A model generated the notes under the pieces. That model worked only from the letters and a program-made list of their open reading frames with translations. It ran no database searches and had not been told where the DNA came from. Of a stretch of DNA of 64,000 bases, positions 28,895 to 39,105 are shown piece after piece. Each line of letters opens with the position of its first letter. The stretch's first letter is position 1. Made by a program: the position numbers and the translations under genes. This DNA comes from a virus. Taxonomy: Duplodnaviria; Caudoviricetes. The stretch is taken from IMG/VR virus record IMGVR_UViG_3300038673_000220, positions 1 through 64,000 of that record. One strand, given 5' to 3'.

Positions 28895-29329
28895 ATGGCT
28901 GTAAAAGAAAAGGATTACACTGATGTAGCTAACCATATCGAAGGTGCCATGGAGCATGTTGGTACTAAAGATGGTATTGCTACATACAATGTAAAGCAAT
29001 CTGATTATATGGCTTTCATGAAAGGACGCGGTATCACTGAAGATACGATTCGTCAAGTCTCGGAAGCTGATATCGATTACATGAATGGTAATATCGTTGT
29101 TGCCAACAAGCTTCTTCTTGAAGACAATGATCTTAGTCGTGCAGTGATTAAGACTCGTTCACCGATGGGTGTTAAAGAGTTCCGTTACACTCGCAAGGTC
29201 GAAGGTCGTGCTCCAAAGACTGGTGAAGAAACTGTCAAGTTCGGTGTGGCTTCTGTGAATCTCAAGATCAGGACTCGTCTTGACAAAGATCTTCTGCAAC
29301 GTTGTTCAGAAGCTATCGAAAGAGCCTAA
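28895..29329 (+). CDS. probable abundant DNA-binding protein with an HU-like arm motif
   Basis: RBS GAGGAG; biased codon use; EGRAPKTGE resembles HU GRNPxTGE. Confidence 0.5.
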   Translation: MAVKEKDYTDVANHIEGAMEHVGTKDGIATYNVKQSDYMAFMKGRGITEDTIRQVSEADIDYMNGNIVVANKLLLEDNDLSRAVIKTRSPMGVKEFRYTRKVEGRAPKTGEETVKFGVASVNLKIRTRLDKDLLQRCSEAIERA

Positions 29330-29351
29330 GCATCAGCTTAATTAAAACATC

Positions 29352-29390
29352 ACAAGCTCTGATACCTGTGTGTATCAGAGCTTGTTTTCT
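29352..29390 (+). terminator. intrinsic terminator
   Basis: ACAAGCTCTGATAC-loop-GTATCAGAGCTTGT plus T tract. Confidence 0.8.
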
Positions 29391-29417
29391 ACGAATTCAT
29401 ATAAAAAGGACGAAACG

Positions 29418-30941
29418 ATGTCAAATGTATTAAGTAAGATGAAACGTAAAAATAAACGTATCGATAAGAAGACAGTAAAACAACTTAAGACGCAAAGCTC
29501 GAAGATGGATTTCAAATCCAAAGTACTTCCAAATACTCTCTATGTTGATGTTAAGAATTCGATCATTTACATAGGTGATGACACAAACCTCATTGGTAAC
29601 TGTAAACGTCTCGAAGTAGGTACTACGATTGAATCTAATGATCAACTCCTTGAGGATCTGAAGAAATTAGATAAGGATAGTATTAACAAAGTTATCTTAG
29701 ATAATCAGGATAATTTTAAGATCCTTTCATTCGATGAGTTTATTACGAATCTCACTCTCAACATTGACAAATTGAAGAATCATCTTTCATCTCGTATCTT
29801 TCATCTTGATGATAAATTCGGATCATTGATTCTGATGTTGCAACATTCTAGTGGTAATTATTTTTGCGTATCAGTTGATTCAACAAATGAGGAACAGTAC
29901 GTCATCTTAACTAAGTTCAACGAGTTTTTTGAATTCGTAGATACGAAAGAGTATCATGAATTTGGAAATATAACCGTTGTTAAAGAACGTCAGGATGGCA
30001 TGATCGTTTTCATTGGTGTTGATCACGATGGATACAAATCAACTATCGTTATCGTTGATGATAAGCTTAATGTTTTTGTGAAAAATGAAATCGACATAGA
30101 GGATTCATTTGTCGTTGCACGATCTATTGAATTTATTAATGAGGATATCTTCATTATCGGTATTGCTGAGCGACATAGTAAAGGTACTGGATACGGACTT
30201 ATCATTAAGTTTGACAAAGATCTTTACGATCCAGAATTCAAGTTGTTTGAAAACACAGATTCTAATTTCATAGGATTCACTGCATCTACAATTACCGACA
30301 TCTGTAGTGAGAAACAGTTGTTGGTTTCAGGATTGTCTGAGACTAAGATTGGAGATACTGAAAGAATGGTCGTATCATTCTTTTATTTTGATACGGATCT
30401 CAATATCAAAAGATCTGAATCTGTTATCACAAGTGAGTCTGTAGTTATTAATGACATCATCCAAGATGACTCATCTCTTATCGGTTGTGGTATCATATTC
30501 GAAGATGAAGATACACCTATCATTTTCTCAAAATCAGATAATAGCTTTGTCATGTATAAGATCCAGGGTGATGTCTCAGGATTGACTCAAATAACCGTCA
30601 GTGATGATGATCTGATATTCTCTGGAAAAATGTTACCAAATACTCAAAAATCAGATATCGCAACGATCATCGTAACAAATAAAGCTCTAGAGTTTAAATA
30701 CGCTAGAATGTTTGAAGAATCACCGTCGATGATTGTTAATGTAAATAAAACCAATAAAGGTGTTTTAACAACGATATCTTCTGATACATCAACGTTTGCT
30801 CTTGAAGCGAAATCTTTTAAGTCATTAAATTACAATGATAAAAAGATCTTTGGTAATAGGACTGTTAAATACGAAGAGCTATCTAGCCGATTCATTCCAT
30901 TCGGTTTAACAGAGCTTCCTATTGAGATCAACATCAAATGA
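29418..30941 (+). CDS. beta-strand-rich (beta-propeller-like) protein
   Basis: Repeated IIKFDxxL / G...I..I blades; start moved to the ATG after AAGGA. Confidence 0.6.
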   Translation: MSNVLSKMKRKNKRIDKKTVKQLKTQSSKMDFKSKVLPNTLYVDVKNSIIYIGDDTNLIGNCKRLEVGTTIESNDQLLEDLKKLDKDSINKVILDNQDNFKILSFDEFITNLTLNIDKLKNHLSSRIFHLDDKFGSLILMLQHSSGNYFCVSVDSTNEEQYVILTKFNEFFEFVDTKEYHEFGNITVVKERQDGMIVFIGVDHDGYKSTIVIVDDKLNVFVKNEIDIEDSFVVARSIEFINEDIFIIGIAERHSKGTGYGLIIKFDKDLYDPEFKLFENTDSNFIGFTASTITDICSEKQLLVSGLSETKIGDTERMVVSFFYFDTDLNIKRSESVITSESVVINDIIQDDSSLIGCGIIFEDEDTPIIFSKSDNSFVMYKIQGDVSGLTQITVSDDDLIFSGKMLPNTQKSDIATIIVTNKALEFKYARMFEESPSMIVNVNKTNKGVLTTISSDTSTFALEAKSFKSLNYNDKKIFGNRTVKYEELSSRFIPFGLTELPIEINIK

Positions 30942-30946
30942 AATAA

Positions 30947-30977
30947 CTAAGGATCAGAGGATGCCTCTGATCCTTAG
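30947..30977 (+). terminator. hairpin
   Basis: CTAAGGATCAGAGG-ATG-CCTCTGATCCTTAG. Confidence 0.7.
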
Positions 30978-31049
30978 GTTATATCTTATTATAAAAGCTA
31001 ATCATTATGTAGAACGCACCTCTATGAAAAATCTATAAATGGATTTAGT

Positions 31050-32399
31050 ATGAGTGATAATAAAATAATCAACAAGCAGTTCATACATTCATGTTCTATT
31101 CGAACAAAAACTGGAAATGCTGTAATCGTTAAAGAAAAAAACCAATACGAAGATGGAACCATCAAACCGAACCTAGTTTTATATGAGAATCCAAAGAGAT
31201 CCTTTTATATAACTCAACCAAAATACCGGACATACAATTACAAACCTGAATACGAATTAGCTTCAAGGCTTGACAAGATAACGGTTAGTGATCATGAGCT
31301 CTACTCGAAAGTAGCTGAGCTTTTTAATCTTGGTCCTGGGTATCATTCAGCTGATAAGCTTTTCAAATCACCGTATATCTTTGGAGCTGATATAAATGTT
31401 GAAGCTCTTATCAAGATGCGATATATGAATCAATACCCTGATTCATCTTTACTCCCAACTGTTGGATTCCTTGACATTGAGACAAGTATTGATACGAATC
31501 AGATCATCATGATATCTTATCTTCATGATACGACGGTTCATACCGCTATCCTTCGTTCATTCTTTTTTGAAGAAAAAGGTAAAGATCGAGTACCTATCAA
31601 TCTAGATGATCTTGTACCTTTCATCCAAAAGAACCTCGAAGGAAGAACTAAAGATATAAACTTCACTTATGACATTAAGATATTCGACATCGAAATAAAG
31701 CTCATAGCTTGGATCATGCAATGTATCCATATGTCAGAAACTGATTTTATATCTATCTGGAATATGAACTTCGATATCCCAAAGATCTTAGCTACTATTG
31801 TAAAATCAGGTTATCGTCCAGAGGATCTTTTCCATAATCCAAAACTTCCAACGAGATGCAAATACCTTAAGTATCACGAAGATAAGCAGAAAAAAGATCA
31901 CTTCACATTGAAATGGCATTGGCTTTATAGCTCATGTGGAACTCAATGCGTTGATGCAATGGGTCTTTATTCTCAATGTCGAAGAACTCAAGGTTATCTT
32001 GACAAGTATAGTCTTGATAACGTTCTTGATAAAGAGATTCAAATGGGGAAACTCCCACTTATCAGTGGATCTCACGTTATCATGCAACGTCATCATTTTA
32101 AAGAATACATCGTTTACAACATATTCGATGTCATTGGATTGAAGCTTCTTGAAGACAGGATCAATGATTTTGTATCTATGCATGTGCTTATAGGTCCAAC
32201 TCCAGTAAGCAAGTTTGCAACTCAGACCACTCGATCGACAAATGATATGTATTACGACCTTATCAACAAAGGTATGATCCTCTCATCTAAATCAGGTGAT
32301 GATCCTTTTATCAAATTCGATAAGTACTTACCTCGAGTAGGTGGTGCAGTTCTATCTGCGAGTCGAGTACGAGGAGTAGGGATTCCCTTAACCTTATGA
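31050..32399 (+). CDS. family B DNA polymerase, N-terminal 3'-5' exonuclease part (phiKZ gp082-like)
   Basis: ExoI FLDIET, ExoII WNMNFD, YSLDNV, ExoIII YNIFD, then GGAVL, which normally precedes motif A. Confidence 0.88.
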   Translation: MSDNKIINKQFIHSCSIRTKTGNAVIVKEKNQYEDGTIKPNLVLYENPKRSFYITQPKYRTYNYKPEYELASRLDKITVSDHELYSKVAELFNLGPGYHSADKLFKSPYIFGADINVEALIKMRYMNQYPDSSLLPTVGFLDIETSIDTNQIIMISYLHDTTVHTAILRSFFFEEKGKDRVPINLDDLVPFIQKNLEGRTKDINFTYDIKIFDIEIKLIAWIMQCIHMSETDFISIWNMNFDIPKILATIVKSGYRPEDLFHNPKLPTRCKYLKYHEDKQKKDHFTLKWHWLYSSCGTQCVDAMGLYSQCRRTQGYLDKYSLDNVLDKEIQMGKLPLISGSHVIMQRHHFKEYIVYNIFDVIGLKLLEDRINDFVSMHVLIGPTPVSKFATQTTRSTNDMYYDLINKGMILSSKSGDDPFIKFDKYLPRVGGAVLSASRVRGVGIPLTL

Positions 32400-32938
32400 A
32401 CGAAGATTTTTTTCCTATTTCAAAAGATACCGATGTCAAATGCTATCGTTGTAAAAAAGAAAATACTCAATCTGAAGAGCAGTTTTACCTTACAGAGTGG
32501 GAACTTTCTACAGGAGCATCAACTGACGGTATTTATTATTGTCATTCTTGTATAATTAATAGTGGAGAACATACAATGATCACATTGCTTGAACCTAAAA
32601 ATCCAAAGTCAGATAAAAAAGATAAAAACGTACCAGTAACTGTATTCACCTTAACTTTCGCTACAATCGATCTGAATTATTCGAACGTATCGATATCGAA
32701 GAAGGTACCTAATAGCAGGCTTGAATTGAACGAATCTGTATTAAATGATCATTTTGATGATATCATCAGGGATTATAATGATCCAAGTATTTCTACCATT
32801 AAGGGAGTATTTAATGGAAAATACGTTAACGTCGAAAAGAAATACATATCAGGATTCTTCGTTGATGTGCTTCATAAAGTTGAAGGTGAAGCTTGTAATG
32901 GTTTTGATAATGATGGTCTACCTCCTTGGAATCCTTAA
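32396..32938 (+). CDS. zinc-finger hypothetical protein inside the polymerase gap
   Basis: CYRC...CHSC; ATGA overlap with the polymerase stop. Confidence 0.6.
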   Translation: MNEDFFPISKDTDVKCYRCKKENTQSEEQFYLTEWELSTGASTDGIYYCHSCIINSGEHTMITLLEPKNPKSDKKDKNVPVTVFTLTFATIDLNYSNVSISKKVPNSRLELNESVLNDHFDDIIRDYNDPSISTIKGVFNGKYVNVEKKYISGFFVDVLHKVEGEACNGFDNDGLPPWNP

Positions 32939-32959
32939 TCCGATTAAGAGGAAACAATA

Positions 32960-34207
32960 TTGGAATTGTATTTTATCATTACAACTATCATAGATAGATT
33001 CAGAGAATATGCTTCGATAGAAAATTGTATTAGTGAACGATTTATGTATTTAGCTTATCTCTTAGCTAATATCGATAACGATCCACCATCATTCAAACAT
33101 CTCGTCGTTGAAGCGTTATCTCGTCAGGTTCATGGTGATGATTATGAGTATCCGTATGATGAAACTATCTATACTGATCTCATTTTCGTTGAAACTAAAA
33201 TCCCTATCATCTGTAAAACGCATGGTTTATTTTACCTAACATTGAGAGAGCATCTCATACCTCCCATCATAGATGCAGACGAAGCTTTTAAGCTCGATAT
33301 TCGAGATAATTACCCTCACGGATGCTTGACTTGTATCAATGAAATCAAAAACTCGAATGCAAGACGTCGATTAACTACTTCGATGTTCCTCATGCAATTA
33401 GAACAATATCCAGACTCATTAAAGGTTGATTATAGCCTTGTAAGATATGGTATTCCAACTGATGGGTCCTCTAGTGTTGATTCTGATGGTAAAAGGATAG
33501 ATCCTTCAAGTATTCCGATAGCTCTTATCTGTAGAGAGTGTAGCACTCCTGATAATAAAGTCATCTATTATCAGAGACCTTATATCCATATAAAAGGATT
33601 CAAAAAGAATCAAGGAACTGGGTGTAAAGAGTGTCATAAGAAGTTGAGAATTGAAGTTGGTAAAAGAATATGGGAAGATGAAGCTTTTCGTAAGTCTAAA
33701 ACCGAAGCTACTAGAATCCAAATGAATGATCCAATTATGAGAGAAAAATTGCGATCATGGATGACAGAGCGGAATAAGGATCCTGAGTTTAGGAAACTTA
33801 TGAGTTCTGAGGAGGTTCGTAAGAATAGGAGTATATCTAACTCTAATTTTGATAGATCAACTCCATCTGATGTTTATCTTCTTACTGGATATTCATCTGA
33901 ATTTGGATATTTGATCAAGGTTGGATGCAGCTCTAATATCCATAGTAGATTAGCCAATCTCAAGGTTGGTAATGATATCAATTTTGAGTTGATTTGGTCA
34001 AAACATTTCGAAAACGGTATTGAAGCTTTTAAATTGGAGGATTTCATCTTAAATAATGAAACAATTCTGAATCATAAATGGAATGGTGATATGGGGAGTA
34101 TTGTTCGTAAAGGAAGTACAGAAATCCTAACTTTTTCATCAGAAGAAGAACGATCTAAGATCCTCAATTTCATCATCCAAATTTCAGATACTTCCAAATT
34201 CAACTAA
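32960..34207 (+). CDS. putative homing endonuclease (zinc ribbons, NUMOD-like repeats, GIY-YIG/T5orf172-like domain)
   Basis: IICKTHG, GCLTC, GCKEC; DVYLL...IKVGCSSNIHSRLANL...LE...GSTE. Confidence 0.75.
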   Translation: MELYFIITTIIDRFREYASIENCISERFMYLAYLLANIDNDPPSFKHLVVEALSRQVHGDDYEYPYDETIYTDLIFVETKIPIICKTHGLFYLTLREHLIPPIIDADEAFKLDIRDNYPHGCLTCINEIKNSNARRRLTTSMFLMQLEQYPDSLKVDYSLVRYGIPTDGSSSVDSDGKRIDPSSIPIALICRECSTPDNKVIYYQRPYIHIKGFKKNQGTGCKECHKKLRIEVGKRIWEDEAFRKSKTEATRIQMNDPIMREKLRSWMTERNKDPEFRKLMSSEEVRKNRSISNSNFDRSTPSDVYLLTGYSSEFGYLIKVGCSSNIHSRLANLKVGNDINFELIWSKHFENGIEAFKLEDFILNNETILNHKWNGDMGSIVRKGSTEILTFSSEEERSKILNFIIQISDTSKFN

Positions 34208-34319
34208 CCTATTATATAACAAGATTCATTTCAGCATTTTTAGGAAACTTGAAAAATACACCTCTTTTGACAGTTTCCTAAAAATACCATTTTAAACCAT
34301 TCCACATGGAGGTTTAATT

Positions 34320-34613
34320 TTGCAATTAAGCTTCGAAACGATGTTCTCGATACTAGTAGCAGACCTTGATTACTCAAGTCTTTATCCAAGTATTATGAGA
34401 GCGATAAATCAGAGTCGGATGACTCTAACATTTGTACCTATCTTGATTGATGGAATGACTCGAGATGAACTTGATAGGTACTTTAGTAATCTTGTAAATG
34501 TTAGAGAAAACGCTGAAACTCTTTGTTCTGTTTATCACGGATTTCCAGATTACCAAGAAATGTACCAATTAGTTAGGGACTATCAGTATAGAGACCAACC
34601 CTCAATTAATTGA
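34320..34613 (+). CDS. family B DNA polymerase, motif A fragment
   Basis: VADLDYSSLYPSIMRAIN; own GGAGG RBS (34308-34312) and TTG start. Confidence 0.85.
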   Translation: MQLSFETMFSILVADLDYSSLYPSIMRAINQSRMTLTFVPILIDGMTRDELDRYFSNLVNVRENAETLCSVYHGFPDYQEMYQLVRDYQYRDQPSIN

Positions 34614-34629
34614 AGGATAATAAATTATC

Positions 34630-35292
34630 ATGAAATTCATTATGTTTTGTGGAGATGATCGAGTCGGTAAATCGACAATGTCAAGATCATTACAATCATT
34701 GATCCATAGAGGTTTTCGTGTTAAAACATCCATCGTATCTTTTGCAGATGGTGTAAGAGATGAATTAGTTAATCTCTATGGTATTCCAAATGAGATTATA
34801 TATAACAAAACCATCGATAAGAAGAAGTTGAATCTTTGCCTCGGTGATTATACATATGAAGGAATCATACCACAGTTGTGGATGAAATATGGCTTAATTG
34901 GTAAGCTTTCTGACTATTCTGATATAGAGATATCTTTACGGGATCTTTTCGTAACTCATGGAACGAAGATCAGACGTCAAGAAGATGATCTTTATTGGAA
35001 TAAGATCGTTAAAGAAAAAGTAGCATCATTCGATGATATTGAAATATGTATCATTGATGATCCAAGATCACCATCGGATTTTGAATTCGACACGTTGATT
35101 TTTCATCTAAACAACAATCAACCAGCTCATTATAATCTTGAACAACAGAGATTCCATGATTGGTTAAAAAATAACGAACATCGCATAGATTTGAGTGTAG
35201 ATCTACCTGTACATTTACTTGAATTCGATGCAGATAAAATAAATAAACAAATCATCTTACCGTATATTCGTGATAAGATGATTATTAAATAA
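34630..35292 (+). CDS. deoxynucleoside monophosphate kinase-like P-loop protein
   Basis: GDDRVGKST, SFADGVR, GTKIRR, IIDDPR (T4 gp1-like layout). Confidence 0.75.
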   Translation: MKFIMFCGDDRVGKSTMSRSLQSLIHRGFRVKTSIVSFADGVRDELVNLYGIPNEIIYNKTIDKKKLNLCLGDYTYEGIIPQLWMKYGLIGKLSDYSDIEISLRDLFVTHGTKIRRQEDDLYWNKIVKEKVASFDDIEICIIDDPRSPSDFEFDTLIFHLNNNQPAHYNLEQQRFHDWLKNNEHRIDLSVDLPVHLLEFDADKINKQIILPYIRDKMIIK

Positions 35293-35300
35293 GGTGGTTT

Positions 35301-35858
35301 GTGATGCAAAATCAGATATCTTGGCTCTCTTTTGATCTTGGGAGTAATCTCGGTTGGAACAAAAGCGTTTGTACGTTCCGACCTGAGTTAAAAATAAACG
35401 TTGTTGATCATGGTACTATCGATTTGAATCATTTGGCTTCCGAATGGTCTAAGCGTAATTACAGTGAAGTACTCACTCCACGACGTATCAGGATCAATAT
35501 CTTCATGGAGCAAATCAAGAAACTCGTTGATAACTCAAATGCTGACGCTTTTGTTACGGAAGATGTTTTCTGTAATCCTCATCGAGTCGATGCGTTCAGA
35601 GCATTAGTTATCTACATGGATCGATTAGAAAGCTACATCAATAATGAAAAGAACAAACGTTTATACACTATCCCTGCAACTCAGATCAAAAAGCATATCA
35701 GTAATTATGGACATGCTGATAAGTCGTTAGTCATCAAATCTGTTTTGGACAATAACCAAATAACTATGAAAAGGCCTCAAGATGCAACGACTCATGAGTT
35801 TGACAGTGTTGCTGTTGTTTGGGGTTTCATCAGAGAATACCTGATGGTTCAAGTTTGA
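35301..35858 (+). CDS. ruvC: RuvC-like Holliday junction resolvase
   Basis: SFDLG, FVTED, IKKHI...GHADK, HEFDSVAV. Confidence 0.85.
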   Translation: MMQNQISWLSFDLGSNLGWNKSVCTFRPELKINVVDHGTIDLNHLASEWSKRNYSEVLTPRRIRINIFMEQIKKLVDNSNADAFVTEDVFCNPHRVDAFRALVIYMDRLESYINNEKNKRLYTIPATQIKKHISNYGHADKSLVIKSVLDNNQITMKRPQDATTHEFDSVAVVWGFIREYLMVQV

Positions 35859-35859
35859 G

Positions 35860-35870
35860 ATATATATCAT
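35860..35870 (+). promoter_or_regulatory. ATATATATCAT promoter motif
   Basis: Recurring motif upstream of the thyX RBS. Confidence 0.7.
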
Positions 35871-35905
35871 CCTGTAATATCAAATCTACTCATGAGGAGA
35901 AAATA

Positions 35906-37300
35906 ATGTTTCAAGTATCAACTCAGGAAGACCGGACTCCTTCCAGATTAACGCGATATGCTGCTTCTAAATGTTACAATCGTAACAGTGAAGAGTGTTT
36001 GAAGAATTGTGATAAAATAGATATTCCAAATGCTTTAGGTAAAACTGGACATCATACAACGCTTCAACATTCGAGTAACTATATCTCATTCGATATTGAA
36101 AATATACCAGTGAGTCTAGCTACATTCGGTCTCCATCTTACGCATCCATTTTACAATTCGAGTCAACGAAGTGGTCGTTATTGTTTGGATATGTTTGATG
36201 GGGACAACCGTATTCAGCTTGTTGAATACATTCAGCAGTTTAAGAAAAAGTATATCGGTGATACACCTTACGATTTAAAGATCCTTAACTGGTTCTTACG
36301 AGGATTTGATTTCTTTCATGATAATATCGATAAGGTCCAAGCTTTAGCTAAGGACGCTCTCTATAAAGAGCGTCCTCATTATAAACTCGATATCGAACGT
36401 CAATCTTTAAGGATAGCTCAAGACCAACTACGTGTGTTTATCTCAACGATCGTTCCAACCGGAATGGTTTACACGATCAATCATATCGCTCTATTTGCAT
36501 TATATGCTTCAGCTTGGAATGATCCATTAAAAGATCTTACACAGCAGATGATACATCAGATCGAAGATCTTGATATCATACGAACATTTGATTCATTGAA
36601 TCTAAAACAAACTAATGATTATCATCCTCATTTCGAATGTTATGGTGATGAGAATAAGGTCTTTGGTATTTTGAATAAACCAGAAGTTAATGTTCATCTT
36701 ACTAAGATCATTAATGATGATAACTTTGATAAATTTGAATCGCTCTTTAAATCGCACGCTGTTCTTGATACGCTCTATTTTGATCCAAACTGTTATCCAG
36801 AGGATATCGATGATCTTTATTGTACTGAGTTTAAGGCGACTGTCAAAGTACCAGTTGTGACTTTTGGTCAGGATCAACGTCATCGTATGATCTCAAGAAC
36901 GTTAGCGAAGGTTACTGGTGATTTTTACATATCTCCATTACTTGAGAAAGTTCCAGGTGTGATCGATTTTGCAGCAAGATTCGCTAATGAATACAATGAG
37001 TTAGTGAATAATGTTGGACCACGTAATATGATCCATTTTATTCCATATGGTTCAGTTGTTGAATACGCTAAACGGTATGATTATAGAGCGTATGCTCATT
37101 GTATTCATAAACGTATGTGCTTCAATGCTGAAGCAACTATTTGGAAGATGGAGAATGAAACGATCAGACAGCTTTTTGCACTGATGAATCGTGATCGAAA
37201 AGAATCTGTTATAGGACCACCATGTTTAAATGGGAAGTGTCCTGAAGGAAAAAGAAGTTGTGGTAAAGAAAGAAGTTGTTTAACACGTAATCTCATTTAA
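35906..37300 (+). CDS. thyX: flavin-dependent thymidylate synthase, long two-domain form
   Basis: GHHTTLQH, SQRSGRY, QDQRHR; start moved to the ATG after GAGGAG. Confidence 0.8.
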   Translation: MFQVSTQEDRTPSRLTRYAASKCYNRNSEECLKNCDKIDIPNALGKTGHHTTLQHSSNYISFDIENIPVSLATFGLHLTHPFYNSSQRSGRYCLDMFDGDNRIQLVEYIQQFKKKYIGDTPYDLKILNWFLRGFDFFHDNIDKVQALAKDALYKERPHYKLDIERQSLRIAQDQLRVFISTIVPTGMVYTINHIALFALYASAWNDPLKDLTQQMIHQIEDLDIIRTFDSLNLKQTNDYHPHFECYGDENKVFGILNKPEVNVHLTKIINDDNFDKFESLFKSHAVLDTLYFDPNCYPEDIDDLYCTEFKATVKVPVVTFGQDQRHRMISRTLAKVTGDFYISPLLEKVPGVIDFAARFANEYNELVNNVGPRNMIHFIPYGSVVEYAKRYDYRAYAHCIHKRMCFNAEATIWKMENETIRQLFALMNRDRKESVIGPPCLNGKCPEGKRSCGKERSCLTRNLI

Positions 37301-37314
37301 AAGGACGAAATAAA

Positions 37315-38289
37315 ATGGAAGAAAATACTACACCTGAAGTTGTAGATGTTGATACTAATATTACTGATGAAGAATTGGTAGATCTTGGGGGATCGACTGT
37401 AACAGGTATCGTTACTGACCTTAGTGAAGAGCTTGCTGGAGAAAATATCTCTTTGGATACTCAAGAATCTGATATCAGCGAAGCTGAAACTCTACATAAC
37501 AAGGTTATTCAGTACGCTGATCGTCTGAATGAAATCATTAGTGAGAATGGTGAAGGTCTCGTGATGAGAACTTCAGTCACAGACACCAAAGATGATGTCT
37601 ATGTTGGCTGTATCGATCAAAAGGATAATAGCGTTGTTATCATCAAGAAAGGTTCTGAAAGCTTTATGATAAAACTCGATGGTTATAAGGATATCAAGCA
37701 TATCTTTATCGAGGGTGATGATATCATCGTAGCAGCCTTTAATCATCATGATCAGACAGTTATTATTAAGCTAGACAATAGCTTAAATACGGTTTTTCAG
37801 AAACCTATCTTTAATCATCCGATTGAGATTTCATCGATGGTTAAATGGAATGATCAATACCTTCTTGCAACCAATGTTATCAAGACGATTGAGGAGCATA
37901 ATCTCTTTCGTCAAGCAATCATCCGATGCAACGATTTCTTTGCTCCAATCGATATCATCGAATTCGACGATAAGATCATTAATGATTTTGATATCCCAGT
38001 TGAAGGTTCTTTCACGAAGATCGAATGTATGCTACCTATCGAGGATAAGCTCTTTGTAGCCTCCATTGGTGGTAATAATGAAAAAATCATTTCCAATATC
38101 AGTATTATCGACTCCGATTACAAAGTTGAGCGTTCTTCGTATATGAATATCGAAGGATCTAATATGACTAAGATCGGATTGCTTTATCCAACAACTGATA
38201 ATACTATCAACGTTGTTGGTATCTATACTCAAGATACTGATAACAGATCATTCATCAAGAAACTTGATTACAAGTTAAACATCATTTAA
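37315..38289 (+). CDS. beta-propeller-like protein, probable paralog of 29418..30941
   Basis: IIKLDNSLN / IKKLDYKLN blades; same AAAAGGACGAAA leader. Confidence 0.55.
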   Translation: MEENTTPEVVDVDTNITDEELVDLGGSTVTGIVTDLSEELAGENISLDTQESDISEAETLHNKVIQYADRLNEIISENGEGLVMRTSVTDTKDDVYVGCIDQKDNSVVIIKKGSESFMIKLDGYKDIKHIFIEGDDIIVAAFNHHDQTVIIKLDNSLNTVFQKPIFNHPIEISSMVKWNDQYLLATNVIKTIEEHNLFRQAIIRCNDFFAPIDIIEFDDKIINDFDIPVEGSFTKIECMLPIEDKLFVASIGGNNEKIISNISIIDSDYKVERSSYMNIEGSNMTKIGLLYPTTDNTINVVGIYTQDTDNRSFIKKLDYKLNII

Positions 38290-38295
38290 TAATAG

Positions 38296-38334
38296 AAACC
38301 AATCGACACCTATGTTGGGTGTCGATTGGTTTTT
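38296..38334 (+). terminator. intrinsic terminator
   Basis: AAACCAATCGACACC-loop-GGTGTCGATTGGTTT. Confidence 0.85.
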
Positions 38335-38385
38335 AAAAGTATCTTGATGAGTATTTATTTTTTATGCTATTATAAATTTTATCAG

Positions 38386-38396
38386 ATATATATCAT
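38386..38396 (+). promoter_or_regulatory. ATATATATCAT promoter motif
   Basis: Recurring motif. Confidence 0.7.
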
Positions 38397-38437
38397 TTGG
38401 TAACAATAACTGATCTAATAAATTTTGGAGGTTTATT

Positions 38438-38689
38438 ATGCTTGATTACAATTACATTGATAAAGGTTGCAAAGTTGCTGATCACTTTCATAAACCATTC
38501 AACGTTACAATGAATGGTGCAGTTATCGCCAATGGTATCGATGTTACCTATCCTAATGGTCACATCGAGTTGAGGATCTTTAATTACGATCCTCGATTCA
38601 AATCAGCTATTGATGATATGTTCTCATCCATAGTTGGTGTTCAAGAAGTAACTTTCTCCAATCCTTTAATTATTTCACCAAGGGGGTGA
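38438..38689 (+). CDS. hypothetical protein
   Basis: RBS GGAGG. Confidence 0.65.
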   Translation: MLDYNYIDKGCKVADHFHKPFNVTMNGAVIANGIDVTYPNGHIELRIFNYDPRFKSAIDDMFSSIVGVQEVTFSNPLIISPRG

Positions 38690-39045
38690 TCATGTATTTA
38701 TTATACTGTATGCATAAACTTAAGAAGCATCTTGCTCTTTATGATGGTTCTTATGAAACGATGCGTAAGTTGCGTACGTATCTTTCATTTGCTCTGAATA
38801 CCGAAACCAAAGGTATTCAAAATATCTCAATTTTAACTCGAGAATATGGGGATATTATTCATCGAATAATGCTTATATTGGACGAGCATGGACAGAGTAT
38901 CGTGGGTCGTGATAACGGTGTCTGGATCTATACAAAAGATGGAAACGTCTTTGAACCAGTTACTGCAAAAGATGTTCCACTCGTATCTCTTCCTAACCTG
39001 GTGCATTTCCGATTGGAATTCCCAGAATTGGAAGCGTATTTATGA
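38686..39045 (+). CDS. hypothetical protein
   Basis: GTGA overlap; RBS AAGGGGG. Confidence 0.6.
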   Translation: MIMYLLYCMHKLKKHLALYDGSYETMRKLRTYLSFALNTETKGIQNISILTREYGDIIHRIMLILDEHGQSIVGRDNGVWIYTKDGNVFEPVTAKDVPLVSLPNLVHFRLEFPELEAYL

Positions 39046-39061
39046 TCAACCTAAAAGATCC

Positions 39062-39097
39062 TAAGATCAAGGAGCTCATGTAAGCTCCTTGATCTTA
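39062..39097. terminator. terminator between convergent genes
   Basis: TAAGATCAAGGAGCT-loop-AGCTCCTTGATCTTA; stem nearly the same as the one at 14605. Confidence 0.85.
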
Positions 39098-39105
39098 TTT
39101 ATTTT

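Noticed and set aside
32400-34319. Group I intron or intein in the DNA polymerase
   Set aside because: No recognisable P7/core elements, too little non-coding sequence, stop codons present, and the downstream piece has its own RBS; not formally excluded without Infernal or RT-PCR
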